Below, piece by piece: positions 23,226-42,992 of a stretch of 64,000 bases of DNA. Origin of the DNA: Antedon mediterranea (lineage: Eukaryota; Animalia; Echinodermata); the NCBI RefSeq assembly GCF_964355755.1, contig NC_092679.1:22303432-22367431 (forward strand), read 5' to 3'. How positions within the stretch are numbered: the stretch's first letter is position 1; every line of letters begins with the position of its first letter. The notes beneath the pieces are model-generated. The model saw only the letters and a program-made list of their open reading frames with translations, was not told where the DNA came from and searched no databases. The position numbers and the translations under genes are program-made.

Positions 23226-23320
23226 TTCAAACTTCCTGCCTTTTTTCAATTGCATGATGGGAATTGTTAAGTACAGTGACGTCATAAATTGATGGACGAG
23301 AGAGTCAGAGAGAGAGAGAA
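23226..23320 (-). promoter_or_regulatory. Putative KNL1 core promoter: CHR (TTTGAA), ZNF143/Staf site, CRE, GA repeat
   Basis: TTTGAA on minus at 23226-23231; ACAATTCCCATCATGCA on minus at 23251-23267; TGACGTCA at 23277-23284; (GA)n at about 23297-23320; all about 0.6 kb upstream of the KNL1 ATG. Confidence 0.5.
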
Positions 23321-24854
23321 GAGCGCGAGTATAGTCTTTTGTATTGAGAGTGACGTATTACGCGCGTTACCGAAAAAGATTTTAACAATTAATTGTTGTT
23401 CACACAGGGTGTTCAATGTTTAGAAACAAAAAGGCGAGGATAAAACATGATTCGGTAACAAATATACTTAGGCTTAAAATAAAACGACTGTGACTCACGG
23501 ACAGGCGGTCAAAGATTTTTTTTTTTTTTCAAAAACGCACCATCACCCCCCACCCCCCCCCCGTCCGCTTCTACAGAGAAAAACACTTACTTCTTTTCTT
23601 TGTCACACCTAAATACTATAAATAAAGAATATTTCGTTACTGTATTTAATTTGAAATCATAAATAGGCCTACTGTACCACCTTTATTAACAAATATTTAG
23701 GTATACCTTCCCAATCCCAGTAGTACAAATGGTTCGAACATAGAGCAGCTATTTTATAAATAGCTCCATGGTTCGAATAAGAAAATGTGATTATTAAAAA
23801 AAGTTATGATTTTCCCTCAAACCATAAACAATTAAAGGTCAAACTTAGTATGATGCTTTTTATGCCATTTTTATAGGAAAAATCGCATTACCACTATACA
23901 ACCAAACAAAAATATAATTCACCAAAATAAACAAGTTTAGCCTTGAATTTCCGTTCCTATTACGTTCCAGGTATAATGTTCCGATTCAATGTGACAAAAT
24001 GGACATTGGTATTTTTTTTCCAGTTTCTAGAATTTCTGTATTCACTGCCTCCGGAGTAGGATAAAGAGAAACTGTTCTTAACTACATTTCCCGTAAACTT
24101 AGTATAAAAAAAGCGGGGAAAAAAGGACAATATCTTTAGGACTACATTATTTTACAGTTACACTAATATTTATACAAACAAAATATTAATTGGTCTTTTC
24201 GGGCCGGCGGCCTCCATAGTTTCTATCGGTACCAGACATTAACGCTTCTCTAGTTTGGCCTATGCAGTGGCCTAATAGGAGGTCGAAAGAATTACACACA
24301 TGACGAGCCACAACCATGAACTTTTAAACAATCATGGTAGAAAAGACAAAAGAAATTAATACACCTTTTATCATCAGTCACCACAACTATCCATGTTCTT
24401 TTCACGTGCTCTAAACGTGTGTATTAAGAAAATGGACTATTCCAAGTTGTAACATGGAATAATTATCTGTGGTTAATATAAACAAGTTGCAACTATTTAA
24501 ATAGACAAAATCATCAGTTTTATTATGTAATTAAATATAATTTTAGATTAAATATTTGTAAATAAAATATAATTTTCCATACCTAGAGATAACTTATATC
24601 AGACACATTATTTGATAATAACAAAATCAACCCTTAACTAAATGATACACTCCAGAGAGAAGCAGATCGATTAAGTTTTACCGCTCTTGGTTTTATCACC
24701 CGGGAAAAGACAAATAAAATCGTTCAATAGAAGCGAAAGTATGATTGTTTGACAAAAAACTCGTTATTTGTATACGTTTTCAATATATTTGTAAAGTTTA
24801 TCACCGAAAAATTACAGAAAAGTGTTTATTTCGTTGTATTTTTATCGACGAAAG

Positions 24855-31704
<6,850 letters not shown>

Positions 31705-33102
31705 TCCATAAAAATGATTTAAAATAAGTGGAGTACAAATGGGTTGATACAGTACCTGGTGATATAGCATAGTACTACTATAATATATAATATATTTGAT
31801 TTCTGTAATATTCACAGAACGTGGTCAAATGCTGTATTCAAAGAAATGTCTTTCTAAAGAAATTTAAAAGAGAACAATTTGTGTTTTCAGTCATTAATTT
31901 AAAGATTATTCATATAAAATACAGTATTTATCCTAAAATGATAGTACTATTTAACTAATTAGGCATCTTTTGATGAAATTTATCATCCATTATTGCGTAA
32001 TTGGAATGATTGTCTAAATAAAAGAAATATAAAATACAATTATTGTTCTGGTTATTATTTCATTCAGTCATTATTGCAGTAAAAAATGTAGGTACTGCAG
32101 TACAATCATTTCGACATGATCCCTAATCCCTATTACAAACTTGTGATTAAAATTCTGCAGTTGAGCCAGATTACGTTGTCTATGGCCATCAACAAAAACC
32201 CAAAAATATTATAATCACCAAAATAATCTCTTCCACAAAAAGCATGTGGCAAATATTGCTGGCATAGGAGTGTAACAATTTATCCAAGGTTAAATTAAAG
32301 AGTTACAAAAAATAGAAGATAAGATAACTTTATTTTGTCCACAGAACAAGTGGAAATAATGGTGCTTGTCTCATACAAGGATAAAATGGAAATACAACCA
32401 AAGTTGATTGAATTAATAAATAATAAACCACATTCTACAATTACCAAATATGGTAAAACATTATTTCTAATTTATTGCAGTAAAATAAGTAAGTAACACG
32501 ACCATTTATTTTTTTATTAAAGTCCTTTAAAAGGTAATCCCTAAATATTACATTACATTGGTCACGGTTAGAAAATAAATTACGATACATTATTTAGAGT
32601 AGTAAATCAAGCCACTAAAGATATTGTGTATTGTCGCCCTGAATATGCCATTCCTATATTAAACTAATAAATATTATTCACCTGATTAATTTACCTGTAA
32701 TTAAAAAAAAAAACAAAAACAACAGGTTTTTGGTTAACTGTTTGTCTGTTTATTGAATTGTTGTCTCTTTGAAGTAAAATCATTATTTTTATTTCGGTTT
32801 TGTCTGTGAAAGTAAAATGGCTTATTCAAAGTTTGATTTTTTTTAAATCTTTATCATGTTTTGAGGACAATACATTTTAAAATGCATTTAGATCTATAAA
32901 GCAAAAACAAACAATTAAAATATAACAATTATACATATTTAAAACAATTAACCACATTTTGTAAAGTTGTCTACATAAACTATTAAAACTAAATCTGTAT
33001 TGCAATTATATATTGGACAAAATCTGTATTATGTAAGTAGCTACAGCTGCATTTCAGTGATTAATGCAGGAAAGTGTGATAATTCTGCAGTAACTTGCTT
33101 TT

Positions 33103-36052
33103 CTATATCCTTCCAGCATCTTTAAGTTCCTCCATCAACTTTTTTTGATAGTTTTTATGCTTCTCCTTCAGCTCTTCATCATCACGGCAACTCTTTGCCC
33201 AGTATGTCAACCCAAGAGCTGGGCGCCATCTAGTGCTTGATCTGAAACGAAAGTGAACTCTACTAAAGCTCTGTCTACACTATCAAACTTTATGTAACAT
33301 ACCATATACAGTATGGACATGATGACATCATATCCCTACAATTTTTGGTCATACTTCACATACACACATCATACTTTTTTTGTCAAACTAGTTTGATAGT
33401 GTAGATAGCACTAATCACTAAACCCACACACAAAAGTGTGAACGTTACATTGCATACAGAACCGCGAGTTTGAATTAACAGAATTAACTGAAGCTAACTG
33501 TAAGGTCTATGATAATAGGATTTTTTGTGAAATGTTCAAATATATTATATATTTTAAATACAGTAGTTACTCACTTGTTTTTTCCAGCAACATGAACTGT
33601 ATATGGATGATGACCCAGCAGTGTGCCTACAAAAATGAAGAACAACTTCTAAATAACAATAAAAAAACACAAAATCCATAGCATGAAAAACAAGCAGCCG
33701 TTGTTTCACAAAACCAATTACAAAAAAAATTAGCAATAGGTGATAAAAAAAATGTACAGTAAATGCCTGAGGTACTAATTTAAATTGTCTCCACTGAAGA
33801 TACATTTATAGGCAAGTGTAGCATTGTCAAATGCTACACAAACTGACAATACCTGGCTATCATTTATCAAATAGTATAGCCAAAAATTTAGATTAGTTGA
33901 CATGTTTCCTATATATTATTGTTAAGCTGTACGTCACCTTTTTTAGCTGGCATTAACACAGCGTCTTTTTGCATTGTCTCAGTATAATCCACAAGAGCTT
34001 TGCTGAAACCAAGCTGATCAGTTCGTTTATGTTTCAGTTCGCCAAGCTTGTAGGTCTGCGGTACGTACGACATGGCCCCATTTTCTTCATCAGCGTCATC
34101 AAGTGCCAACCAAAATGTAATTCCTAAAAATTGGAACAAGTACATCACACAAGATGGAGTTCTTAAAAGAAGGATAAAGGTAGCTCTGTCTACACTATCA
34201 AACTAGTTTCACAAAAAAGTGTGATGTTTCCATATGGTAGTGGTATGCTTAAATGGTAGTGATATGACATCATCATGTCCATATATGGTAGTGATATGCT
34301 TAAATATGGTAGTGATATGACATCATCATGTCCATATATGGGCACATCACATTTTTTTTGTCACATAAAGTTTGATAGTGTAGACAAGGCTTTAGAGTTT
34401 GTTTCATATGAAAGTGTCCCCTTAATAGAGGTGTCTTCTGAGTAGAGTGTCACAAAAAGAGAGGTTCTGCACTCTACTCAGAAGACAAACCTAGTGAAGG
34501 AACATTTCCCCATGAATTGAACAAAGGACAATACTGTATGTCTTGTCACAATGGCCAACCCCCTTTTCAGAGGATACCTTTATTAAAGAGATACTTTCTT
34601 GGGTTCCAAAGGTGTCCCCTTAATAGTGGTTCTACTGTAAGTGTATACCTCTCTAATTAAGATACTCTTTTTAGCTTACCCTTATCATGCATAAAATAGA
34701 TACCATCTTGATGAGGGGGCGTGTCCTTAGCACCAGGTGGTTTGGAAAAGAACTGAACATTATTAGGTTCACAATCGACTCCCAATAGAAGGTCTGCTAA
34801 GCCATTGAATGCAGGAGATTCACTCAGATCCTAAAAAAATAGTATTTTGTAACTATTTTGACTATAGAGCTGGAAATGACTGCATTAATTCTGTTGGTGT
34901 CTTTAACTTAGAGCTGTCGTGCTGAAAAAATGCCAGTAAATACCTGCTTTTTCTGACAGACACCCTTATTGGCATGGTAGGCCTAAAGCTCTATCTACAC
35001 TATCAAACTGATGTGCCCATATATGGACATGACACATATGAACATCATACCAATACCATATTTGGGCATATCATACCATATTTGGGCACATCCGACTTTT
35101 TTTGTCAAACTATTTGATAGTGTTGACAGAGGTAATAGAATATTCCTGGCACACAGTTGTGTGTGAAAAGGGAATGGTCATGGGGTGATTACAACAATAT
35201 GCCACTGTCAATTTTGAATTCATAATTATTTACATTAGACTGAGCACATTAAATTATATTTTGTATTATTACTATAGTAAATAACATTTACTTGAAAGAA
35301 GTGATCGAAATCAGCCATTCTTTCCAGGCGTATAATAGTACTTGCATCATCCTTCTTCTCAAAGAACGCCCTCTTTGGTGGAAGTTCAGGAACGACATCT
35401 TTTCGATACCTATCCAGTTCGGAATTGATGCCAGCTACTTCCTTTTCTGACAAGAAGTCTGACAGCTTGTATTTTAAAATAAATTATAACCAAAATATTA
35501 AAAACAAAAATGAAACCAGCTTTTCTATTCTACATTAAAGTCACTGTTGTAGGCATACTATTATTTAATTACTAATACTTTTTTATTTCAATTTTCTAAA
35601 TTCTTATATAAATAATAAAACAAAACAAATAGAATAGGTCTAATTTAAGTGTATTTTATGATATGTTTATGTTTCAAAATGCTTTTTTTTAATGTGGCTA
35701 TGTAAACAGAGTATTCTAATTCACTGGCTTATCTGTAGAGGAAATATATGAACCTCCATGGTTTATCTAAGCCTAGGCCTATTTATAGTTTATACAGTAT
35801 TGTTGTAGTAAACAATAATAGGCCGATTTGATCTACTTCGGGTAGTTAGTTATAAACTCAGTACCAACGCAAGCCTAGACATTCAATCGGAAATCAGGTA
35901 TGTAGTGAACATAACGAACAACAGTTTACCTTTACATAACCTTCATCTAAAAAGAATTTTCTTTCTTTCTTTTCATCTATTCTTTCTGAGAATTTAGGCC
36001 ATTCCGAAACCAAACCCTCTCCAGTTTTTATTTTCTTTGCCTTTGGCTCCAT
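33103..36052 (-). CDS. PhyH-family (phytanoyl-CoA dioxygenase-like) Fe(II)/2-oxoglutarate dioxygenase, 6 coding exons; alternative upstream ATG at 36118
   Basis: Spliced product FFLDEGYVK|LSDFLSEKEV...|...FFSKPPGAKDTPPHQDGIYF...ITFWLALDDADEENGAMSYVPQT...AKKGTLLGHHPYTVHVAGKNKSSTRWRPAL...ELKDAGRI*. The HxD...H triad and the downstream Arg are present. Confidence 0.88.
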
Positions 36053-36376
36053 TGTACACTGTGCATTTGGACTTTTGTTGTTTATCAATTCAACCATGCG
36101 TGACTTTGTGATTAACATAAATCTATTACGTCACTCTTCACCGGTCACATCAAAGTAATCTGATACGTGTTGATCACATTATGATCGTCCAGTTTATATA
36201 ACTTTGAGAATGATAATATGGTCTATATATTTTGTCTCATCATAGAAAAATCTTCTATGATTCAGCTACATCGTTCAACCGCTACACTGTAAAATTCGCG
36301 AGATAGGCCTATAAAATTGTAGGGAAATCCCCTAGCTAGTAGGCCTACTACGTAGCGCGTGATCATAAGGTGTTAA

Positions 36377-38063
36377 TGTTATGCGCGATTTGAACGATTT
36401 GCGCAATTTGAAATTGCGCAAAAAAATCCTTGCGCAATTTGAAATTGCGCAAAGAATTCTTGCGCAATTTAAAATTGTGCAAGGATTTTTTTGCGCAATT
36501 TCAAATTGCGCAATCAACTTGCGCAATTTCAAATTGCGCAAGAAAATCTTTGCGCAATTTTAAATTGCGCTGCACAATTTGTAAATTGCGCAAGATAGTT
36601 CTTGCGCAATATGACACCTTTGCGCAATTTGAAAACGAACTGTAAATTTTCAAATTGCGCAACAAAATTCTACCAGACAATCGGTATTTATTATAATAAT
36701 TTATTGGAAACTAAATAGGCCTAACTCAAAATAAAACATAATAAATGCGAAGATGTGTGTAATAAATACATAACATTTATTATTACAATTAAATAATATT
36801 ATCACTGTAACTTGAAATAAATCAAAATAAATGTAAAAATTAAGTTTTTAATATTAGTTTAAGCTAACCCTAGTCAGTATCAGTAGTCCAGACCCTAGCT
36901 AGGCTAGAGTAGTATAGCCGGCCGCCCGCGCCGCGCCCGCCTGGTGGAACACCACCGCTTCGTTTTCCTTCGTCGGTTGTTCGACGGTATGCTAACTTAT
37001 AACAATATTTGTGTTATGCGCGATTTGAACGATTTGCGCGATTTGAAATTGCGCAAAAAAATCCTTGCGCAATTTGAAATTGCGCAAAGAATTCTTGCGC
37101 AATTTTAAATTGCGCAAGGATTTTCTTGCGCAATTTCAAATTGCGCAATCAACTTGCGCAATTTCAAATTGCGCAAGAAAATCTTTGCGCAATTTTAAAT
37201 TGCGCTGCACAATTTGTAAATTGCGCAAGATAGTTCTTGCGCAATATGACACCTTTGCGCAATTTGAAAACGAACTGTAAATTTTCCCATACATGGCTAG
37301 GCTAGGCCTAGGCAGAGGAGTTTAAAATTTAGTATTTTATTATATAAATAAGACCATTTCAATGAAGATAATGTTTAATACTCACTTTTTAAGTTTTTAA
37401 TTTTTAATATTAGTTTAGGCTAGGCCATGTAACCTAGTCAGTATCAGTAGTCCAGACCCTAGCTAGGCTAGAGTAGTATAGCCGGCCGCCCGCGCCGCGC
37501 CCGCCTGGTGGAACACCACCGCTTCGTTTTCCTTCGTCGGTTCTTCGACGGTATGCTAACTTATAACAATATTTGCACTACTAAAATAAGGAAATGCGAT
37601 ATTTATCTTTAATTTTGAATCATTCTTAGAAATTACTATAAAAATATGGGTGTGCATGATTTCACAATCTGTCGAAAAACCTTGCGCAATTTGCAGATTA
37701 CTTGCGCAATTTAATACGTTGCTTGCGCAATTTGAAACACATGTTTCAATTCAAATTGCGCAAGGATTTTTTTTGCGCAATTTCAAATTGCGCAAATCGT
37801 TCAAATCGCGCATAACATTTGCACTACTAAAATAAGGAAATGCGATATTTATCTTTAATTTTGAATCATTCTTAGAAATTACTATAAAAATATGGGTATG
37901 CATGATTTCACAATCTGTCGAAAAACCTTGCGCAATTTGCAGATTACTTGCGCAATTTAATACGTTGCTTGCGCAATTTGAAACACATGTTTCAATTCAA
38001 ATTGCGCAAGGATTTTTTTTGCGCAATTTCAAATTGCGCAAATCGTTCAAATCGCGCATAACA
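36377..38063. mobile_element. Ginger-like non-autonomous TIR element (outer copy), TGT...ACA termini, TTGCGCAA-rich subterminal repeats
   Basis: TIR TGTTATGCGCGATTTGAACGATTTGCGCAATTTGAAATTGCGC mirrored at the right end; flanks TTAA/TCAA (4-bp TSD with one mismatch). Confidence 0.75.
37012..37817. mobile_element. Second copy of the same Ginger-like element nested inside the first
   Basis: Same TIRs and a perfect 4-bp TSD TTTG (37008-37011, 37818-37821). The uninterrupted target AACAATATTTGCACTAC is visible inside the inner copy at about 37565. Confidence 0.85.
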
Positions 38064-38409
38064 TCAATATATAATATATGCGCACTATTGGTAAAGACCG
38101 ACAATGATAATAAATAGATTATTTCATACGCGTACTTAGTTTCTTTGTTGCAAAATGTCTGCAGCGGCTCCGAACGAAGCCTTTTTTATTGAGTGTGGGC
38201 CTATACTCATTTGACAACTCTACGCGACATAAAAACTGTGTACGTGGTCTGATGGCGTGACATATACCACTTATATTACACTCACCTCCTAAAGTGGTCC
38301 TATAAATACAATGTTCAGTTTATTGCAAGTCTTTGCTGCCGTTTTGAAAGCACAAACACTAAGCTATCTAGAGCTTAGATATGCAGGTGGTATTTATTGT
38401 AGATCCAGG

Positions 38410-38658
38410 TGTTATTAAAAAAGTTCATAGTAAATCGAAACACAGACAGAAATTCTTTTCAATATCTGCAGTAAATGATTGGAATAGTTTGCCATATCAT
38501 ATAGTAAATGCATCCTCTATAAATAATTTTAAAACCCATCTTGAAACACACTGGAAAACCCACAACCTAAAGTTTGAGCCATATAACCAAGATGTTCAAA
38601 GAGGGACTCACAAACCTTACAGGTTTATAGTCTAAAGGTCAAGGTAAATCAAGGTAAA
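38410..38658 (+). mobile_element. CR1-like LINE 3' fragment
   Basis: RQKFFSISAVNDWNSLP...VNASSINNFKTHLETHW is a typical CR1 ORF2 C-terminus, followed by a short (CAAGGTAAAT)-like tandem tail. Confidence 0.7.
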
Positions 38659-38799
38659 TAATATGCAAATAAAAAACGGCTGTGTATAAATCTAGGAAAG
38701 TCTTCGTTATAACTGTTTAAATCAAATCCAAAGGATGAAAATAATTATTTATACATAAATTTTGTAGGCATCTGTACGCTACAGACATTGAAATAGATA

Positions 38800-40890
38800 T
38801 TCTTCTTCTTCTTTCCCTTTTCAGGGAATTTATTGGTTCAAAGTATATTGGCCTTTGGCCCTAATACAAACAAATACAAATTAACTATAACTTAAGATAA
38901 TGGTTTCTTCTTTCAAAAGCAAAGTAGACGTATTTTCCTAAATTATAAGTAAAATTTGTGTTGGAAAGTAATAAACAAAGCTTATTAATAGAAGGAAAAA
39001 CACGAATAAATCTTGGAATAAAACTTTTTCTTAAATCATTGTAAAATGTGCATTGCAAAATAAAATGATATTCATCCTCAACAATGTTCTTTTTACATAA
39101 TTTACACGTTCTCTTATATCTTTCTACACCCTCCCATCTGCCCTTTTCAATTTCTAGCTCTAATATCCCTAAACGTAACTTAGTTAATAATCTTCTTTGT
39201 TTAAAATTAATGATGTTGGTCAAGTGATAACTTAAACATATTTCTTTTTTATAAAGAGAAAAGAGCCTTAACTTATTATGTGAACTAAATTTTTGAATGC
39301 ATTTTTGTTTTTCAATATCACATAAGCGCAACTTAAATTCTCTCAAAAATAAACCTTTACTATTAACATATTGTTGTAACCATATATAACCAAAACCAGT
39401 AGAAAAGAGTAAGTGTTTGACCTGTTGTGCCCAACAATTCTCATTACGGTTAACTTTTCTAAGTTGAAACTCATAACACTTAAAAATGAATCTGTCATGA
39501 TCTAAAGTAATAATATGTAACCAAAATCTTATAACTGTAACTAAACAATCCACAGAAAGTGGTAATCTACCTAACTCAGAAGTAACAGCGGCATTTGGTG
39601 CATTTTTTCCAACTTGCAATAAATATCTACAAAATTTAGTATGTGTTTTTTCTATAATGTTTGTGCTATCTGACATTCCCCAGATTTCGCTTCCATACGT
39701 TAAAATAGGAAGTATTTTCACATCAAAAATATTGTTCCATGTATTAATTGGAAGAAAAGATAAGTTACGATAAATGAATGATTTTAAGCAGAATAAACTT
39801 TGATTTGCTTTTTGTTGATTATGTTGCATTGAGTTGTTCCATGCACCATTTGAACTAAAAATAACACCAAGATAATTATACGAATTAACAATTTTTAATT
39901 GAATATTTTTATACTTCCATTTTTCAATGTTCCTTAAATTGCGGCCATTTTTAAAAACCATAATTTTGGATTTTGTAGTGTTTACAGTAAGTTTCCAAGT
40001 ATCACAATAAAGTTCAAGTTTATTTATTAATTTTTGGAGACCTTTCACCGTATCACTAACAAGCACTAAGTCATCTGCATAAAGAAGATGATTCATATGA
40101 CAATCTCCAATTTGAATGAAATCGTTTACCTGATTAAGTATACCACTCAAATCATTAATGTAAATATTAAAGAGTAAAGACGACAACGGAGAACCTTGTT
40201 GTACTCCAATTGAACAATTAAAAGATGGACTAAGTTTGTTGCCAATTTTAACATGAGCAGATAAGTTTTGGTATAAGGAATTTATTATGTGTAACATTCT
40301 GCCTGAAACACCGATACATTTCAACTTATGTAGTAAAAGTGTATGATTTATAGAGTCAAAGGCACGTTTAAGATCAACAAAACAAACAAAAATCCTACCC
40401 CACTTTTTATCTAAGTATTTAGAGATGAGGGTATCTAAAATGAATATATTATCTGTCGTTCTATATCCCTTACGAAAGCCTGCTTGTTCCTCATGAATTA
40501 ACTTTTTACTATTTGTAAATTGTGTTAACCTAGAATTAAGAATATTTAAAAATATTTTTCCTAGGATTGGAATTAAAGAAATACCTCTATAATTTTCAGG
40601 TTTGTTTTTATCTCCATTTTTAAAAATTGGAACGATTAAGCTTGTTGCCCATTGTTTGGGAAATTTTTCAACTAAAAATATGGCGTTAAAAAGAATTTTT
40701 AAAATATCAAAAATAATGTTGGGGGCGTTTAGCAAAAATTCAAAATTCATTCCATCAATGCCGGGAGCTTTTCCACTATTTTGAGAATTAAATGCTTTTT
40801 TTATTTCATCCAACGTTATGTCGTGGTCTAAATTATCATCGTCTTCATTCTGTTGGCATTCTGTGATTTTTGGCAACTCATATTGCTATC
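38800..40890 (-). mobile_element. 5'-truncated LINE (CR1/L2/Daphne-like group) with an uninterrupted 663-aa reverse transcriptase ORF (40876-38885)
   Basis: RT motifs KAPGIDG, NYRGISL, QAGFR, FVDLKRAFDS, GVQQGSPLS, LYADD, YLGV; C-terminal CKLC...EDEYHFILQC; 3' AATAAA and (GAA)n tail; no endonuclease domain upstream. Confidence 0.92.
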
Positions 40891-41631
40891 CCAGAATTCT
40901 ACGTCTACGATAGTGATCGATTGATAAAGCACCTGTGCATCACAAAAGCAAATTTCTGGTTCAAATCTCAATCAATATTGTTTTTTTTTAAATCTGTTTG
41001 AGAATTTTAACTTTTATGAATCCTCCTGTATCTTTATGTTCAATTAAATGCCGTAAAATGTTGTATTTTCTTTTAAGAGGGCCTCTTCAAGTCAGCTGTA
41101 CTGCTGTAATACAGCTGTTAGAGCTACCCTCTTGTAAAACAAAGTTGAATAAATAATCATTTGAGCAACATCGCAAGGTAGTTTTATTATTTCTCAAAAC
41201 ACTTTATTTATACTACGAAATCATGGCGAAGAATGGAGTGTTGAATTAGAATAACATTAATTAGTAAATGAATATAAATATTACACTAATATAGACTGTT
41301 ACTAAATATAAAAATTAATATAAAAATTAAGTACAGCATTTTATGATTCTACTTTTTGGTTTTAGCTACTATAGAAAAATGTTATATATTTAGATTAAAT
41401 AAAAAACTGTATAATTTTAAATATATTTCATTAAAAATCACAAGTACATTCACTTACCGAATTGCACTTTATATAATATATTAAACAATTAAAAATATGT
41501 ACACATTTTATCTACATAAACGATGTATACACGATTATCGATTATAATTGATTATAAAATTACAGATATAAAAGAACAACAACAAACCCTGTATAATTAT
41601 ATACTATTATAATGGTCAACTTAAGTATACT

Positions 41632-42380
41632 ATTATAATGGTCAACTATACTATAGAATGGTCAACTATACTATAGAATGGTCAACTATACTATAGAATG
41701 GTCAACTATACTATAGAATGGTCAACTATACTATAGAATGGTCAACTATACAATGGAATGGTCAACTATACTATAGAATGGTCAACTATACTATAGAATG
41801 GTCAACTATACTATAGAATGGTCAACTATACTATAGAATGGTCAACTATACTATAGAATGGTCAACTATACAATGGAATGGTCAACTATACTATAGAATG
41901 GTCAACTATACTATAGAATGGTCAACTATACTATAGAATGGTCAACTATACTATAGAATGGTCAACTATACAATGGAATGGTCAACTATACTATAGAATG
42001 GTCAACTATACTATAGAATGGTCAACTATACTATAGAATGGTCAACTATACTATAGAATGGTCAACTATACTATAGAATGGTCAACTATACTATAGAATG
42101 GTCAACTATACTATAGAATGGTCAACTATACAATGGAATGGTCAACTATACTATAGAATGGTCAACTATACTATAGAATGGTCAACTATACTATAGAATG
42201 GTCAACTATACTATAGAATGGTCAACTATACTATAGAATGGTCAACTATACTATAGAATGGTCAACTATACAATGGAATGGTCAACTATACTATAGAATG
42301 GTCAACTATACTATAGAATGGTCAACTATACTATAGAATGGTCAACTATACTATAGAATGGTCAACTATACAATGGAATG
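41632..42380. repeat. 20-bp minisatellite (GTCAACTATACTATAGAATG), about 37 copies
   Basis: Exact 20-nt period from 41641 to 42380, with six variant units GTCAACTATACAATGGAATG. Confidence 0.97.
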
Positions 42381-42992
42381 AATTTTAACAATAATATATT
42401 AATATAATGAAATTAATGTAAATATGAATCGTCTTTAGTTCGCACTAATTGAAAGCGTCGGCTTATACGCATACATATCCATGTTTCCATCTTCCAAATC
42501 CCTCTCTGCGATAAATCCTTGAGTTTTTCAGTGAAATTGGTAGTTCGAATTGTTTCTACTTTTTGCGAAAACAAAAATTGCGCACCCAAATGAACTGACG
42601 CATTCATGACCACTTGTGCGAATCAAAAATCTTGGCAGGCACGAAACAAAACAAAAAAATTTAAGCTATTCGCTCTTTTTGTAGTGGAAAGGGTAGCGCA
42701 ATTTTGTTGTCTGCGTAACATTGGATTTGCGAAAACAAATTTGGAAATTTTGTGGTGTACACGGTCTAATGGATGTCCATCTTGAAAAATACCCGCACAC
42801 AATAATACGAGGAGGCTTCATATTTTCCTATCTCCTCCTACGATAATTTTAATTGCATTGGACTGGTCATGTTTTGGGGCCCTTAAGCTCTGTTACACCA
42901 CTGTGAGCTCTCTAAATTAGAAAATTTAAGTAACACACAGGTTGAATTCAGATTTTGTCTGATGGAGCCCTCGATTGACATCGGTAATCAGT

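Noticed and set aside
36332-38117. ORFs rich in LRNFKLRK / AQFEIAQ
   Set aside because: They are translations of the TTGCGCAA subterminal repeats of the nested transposon.
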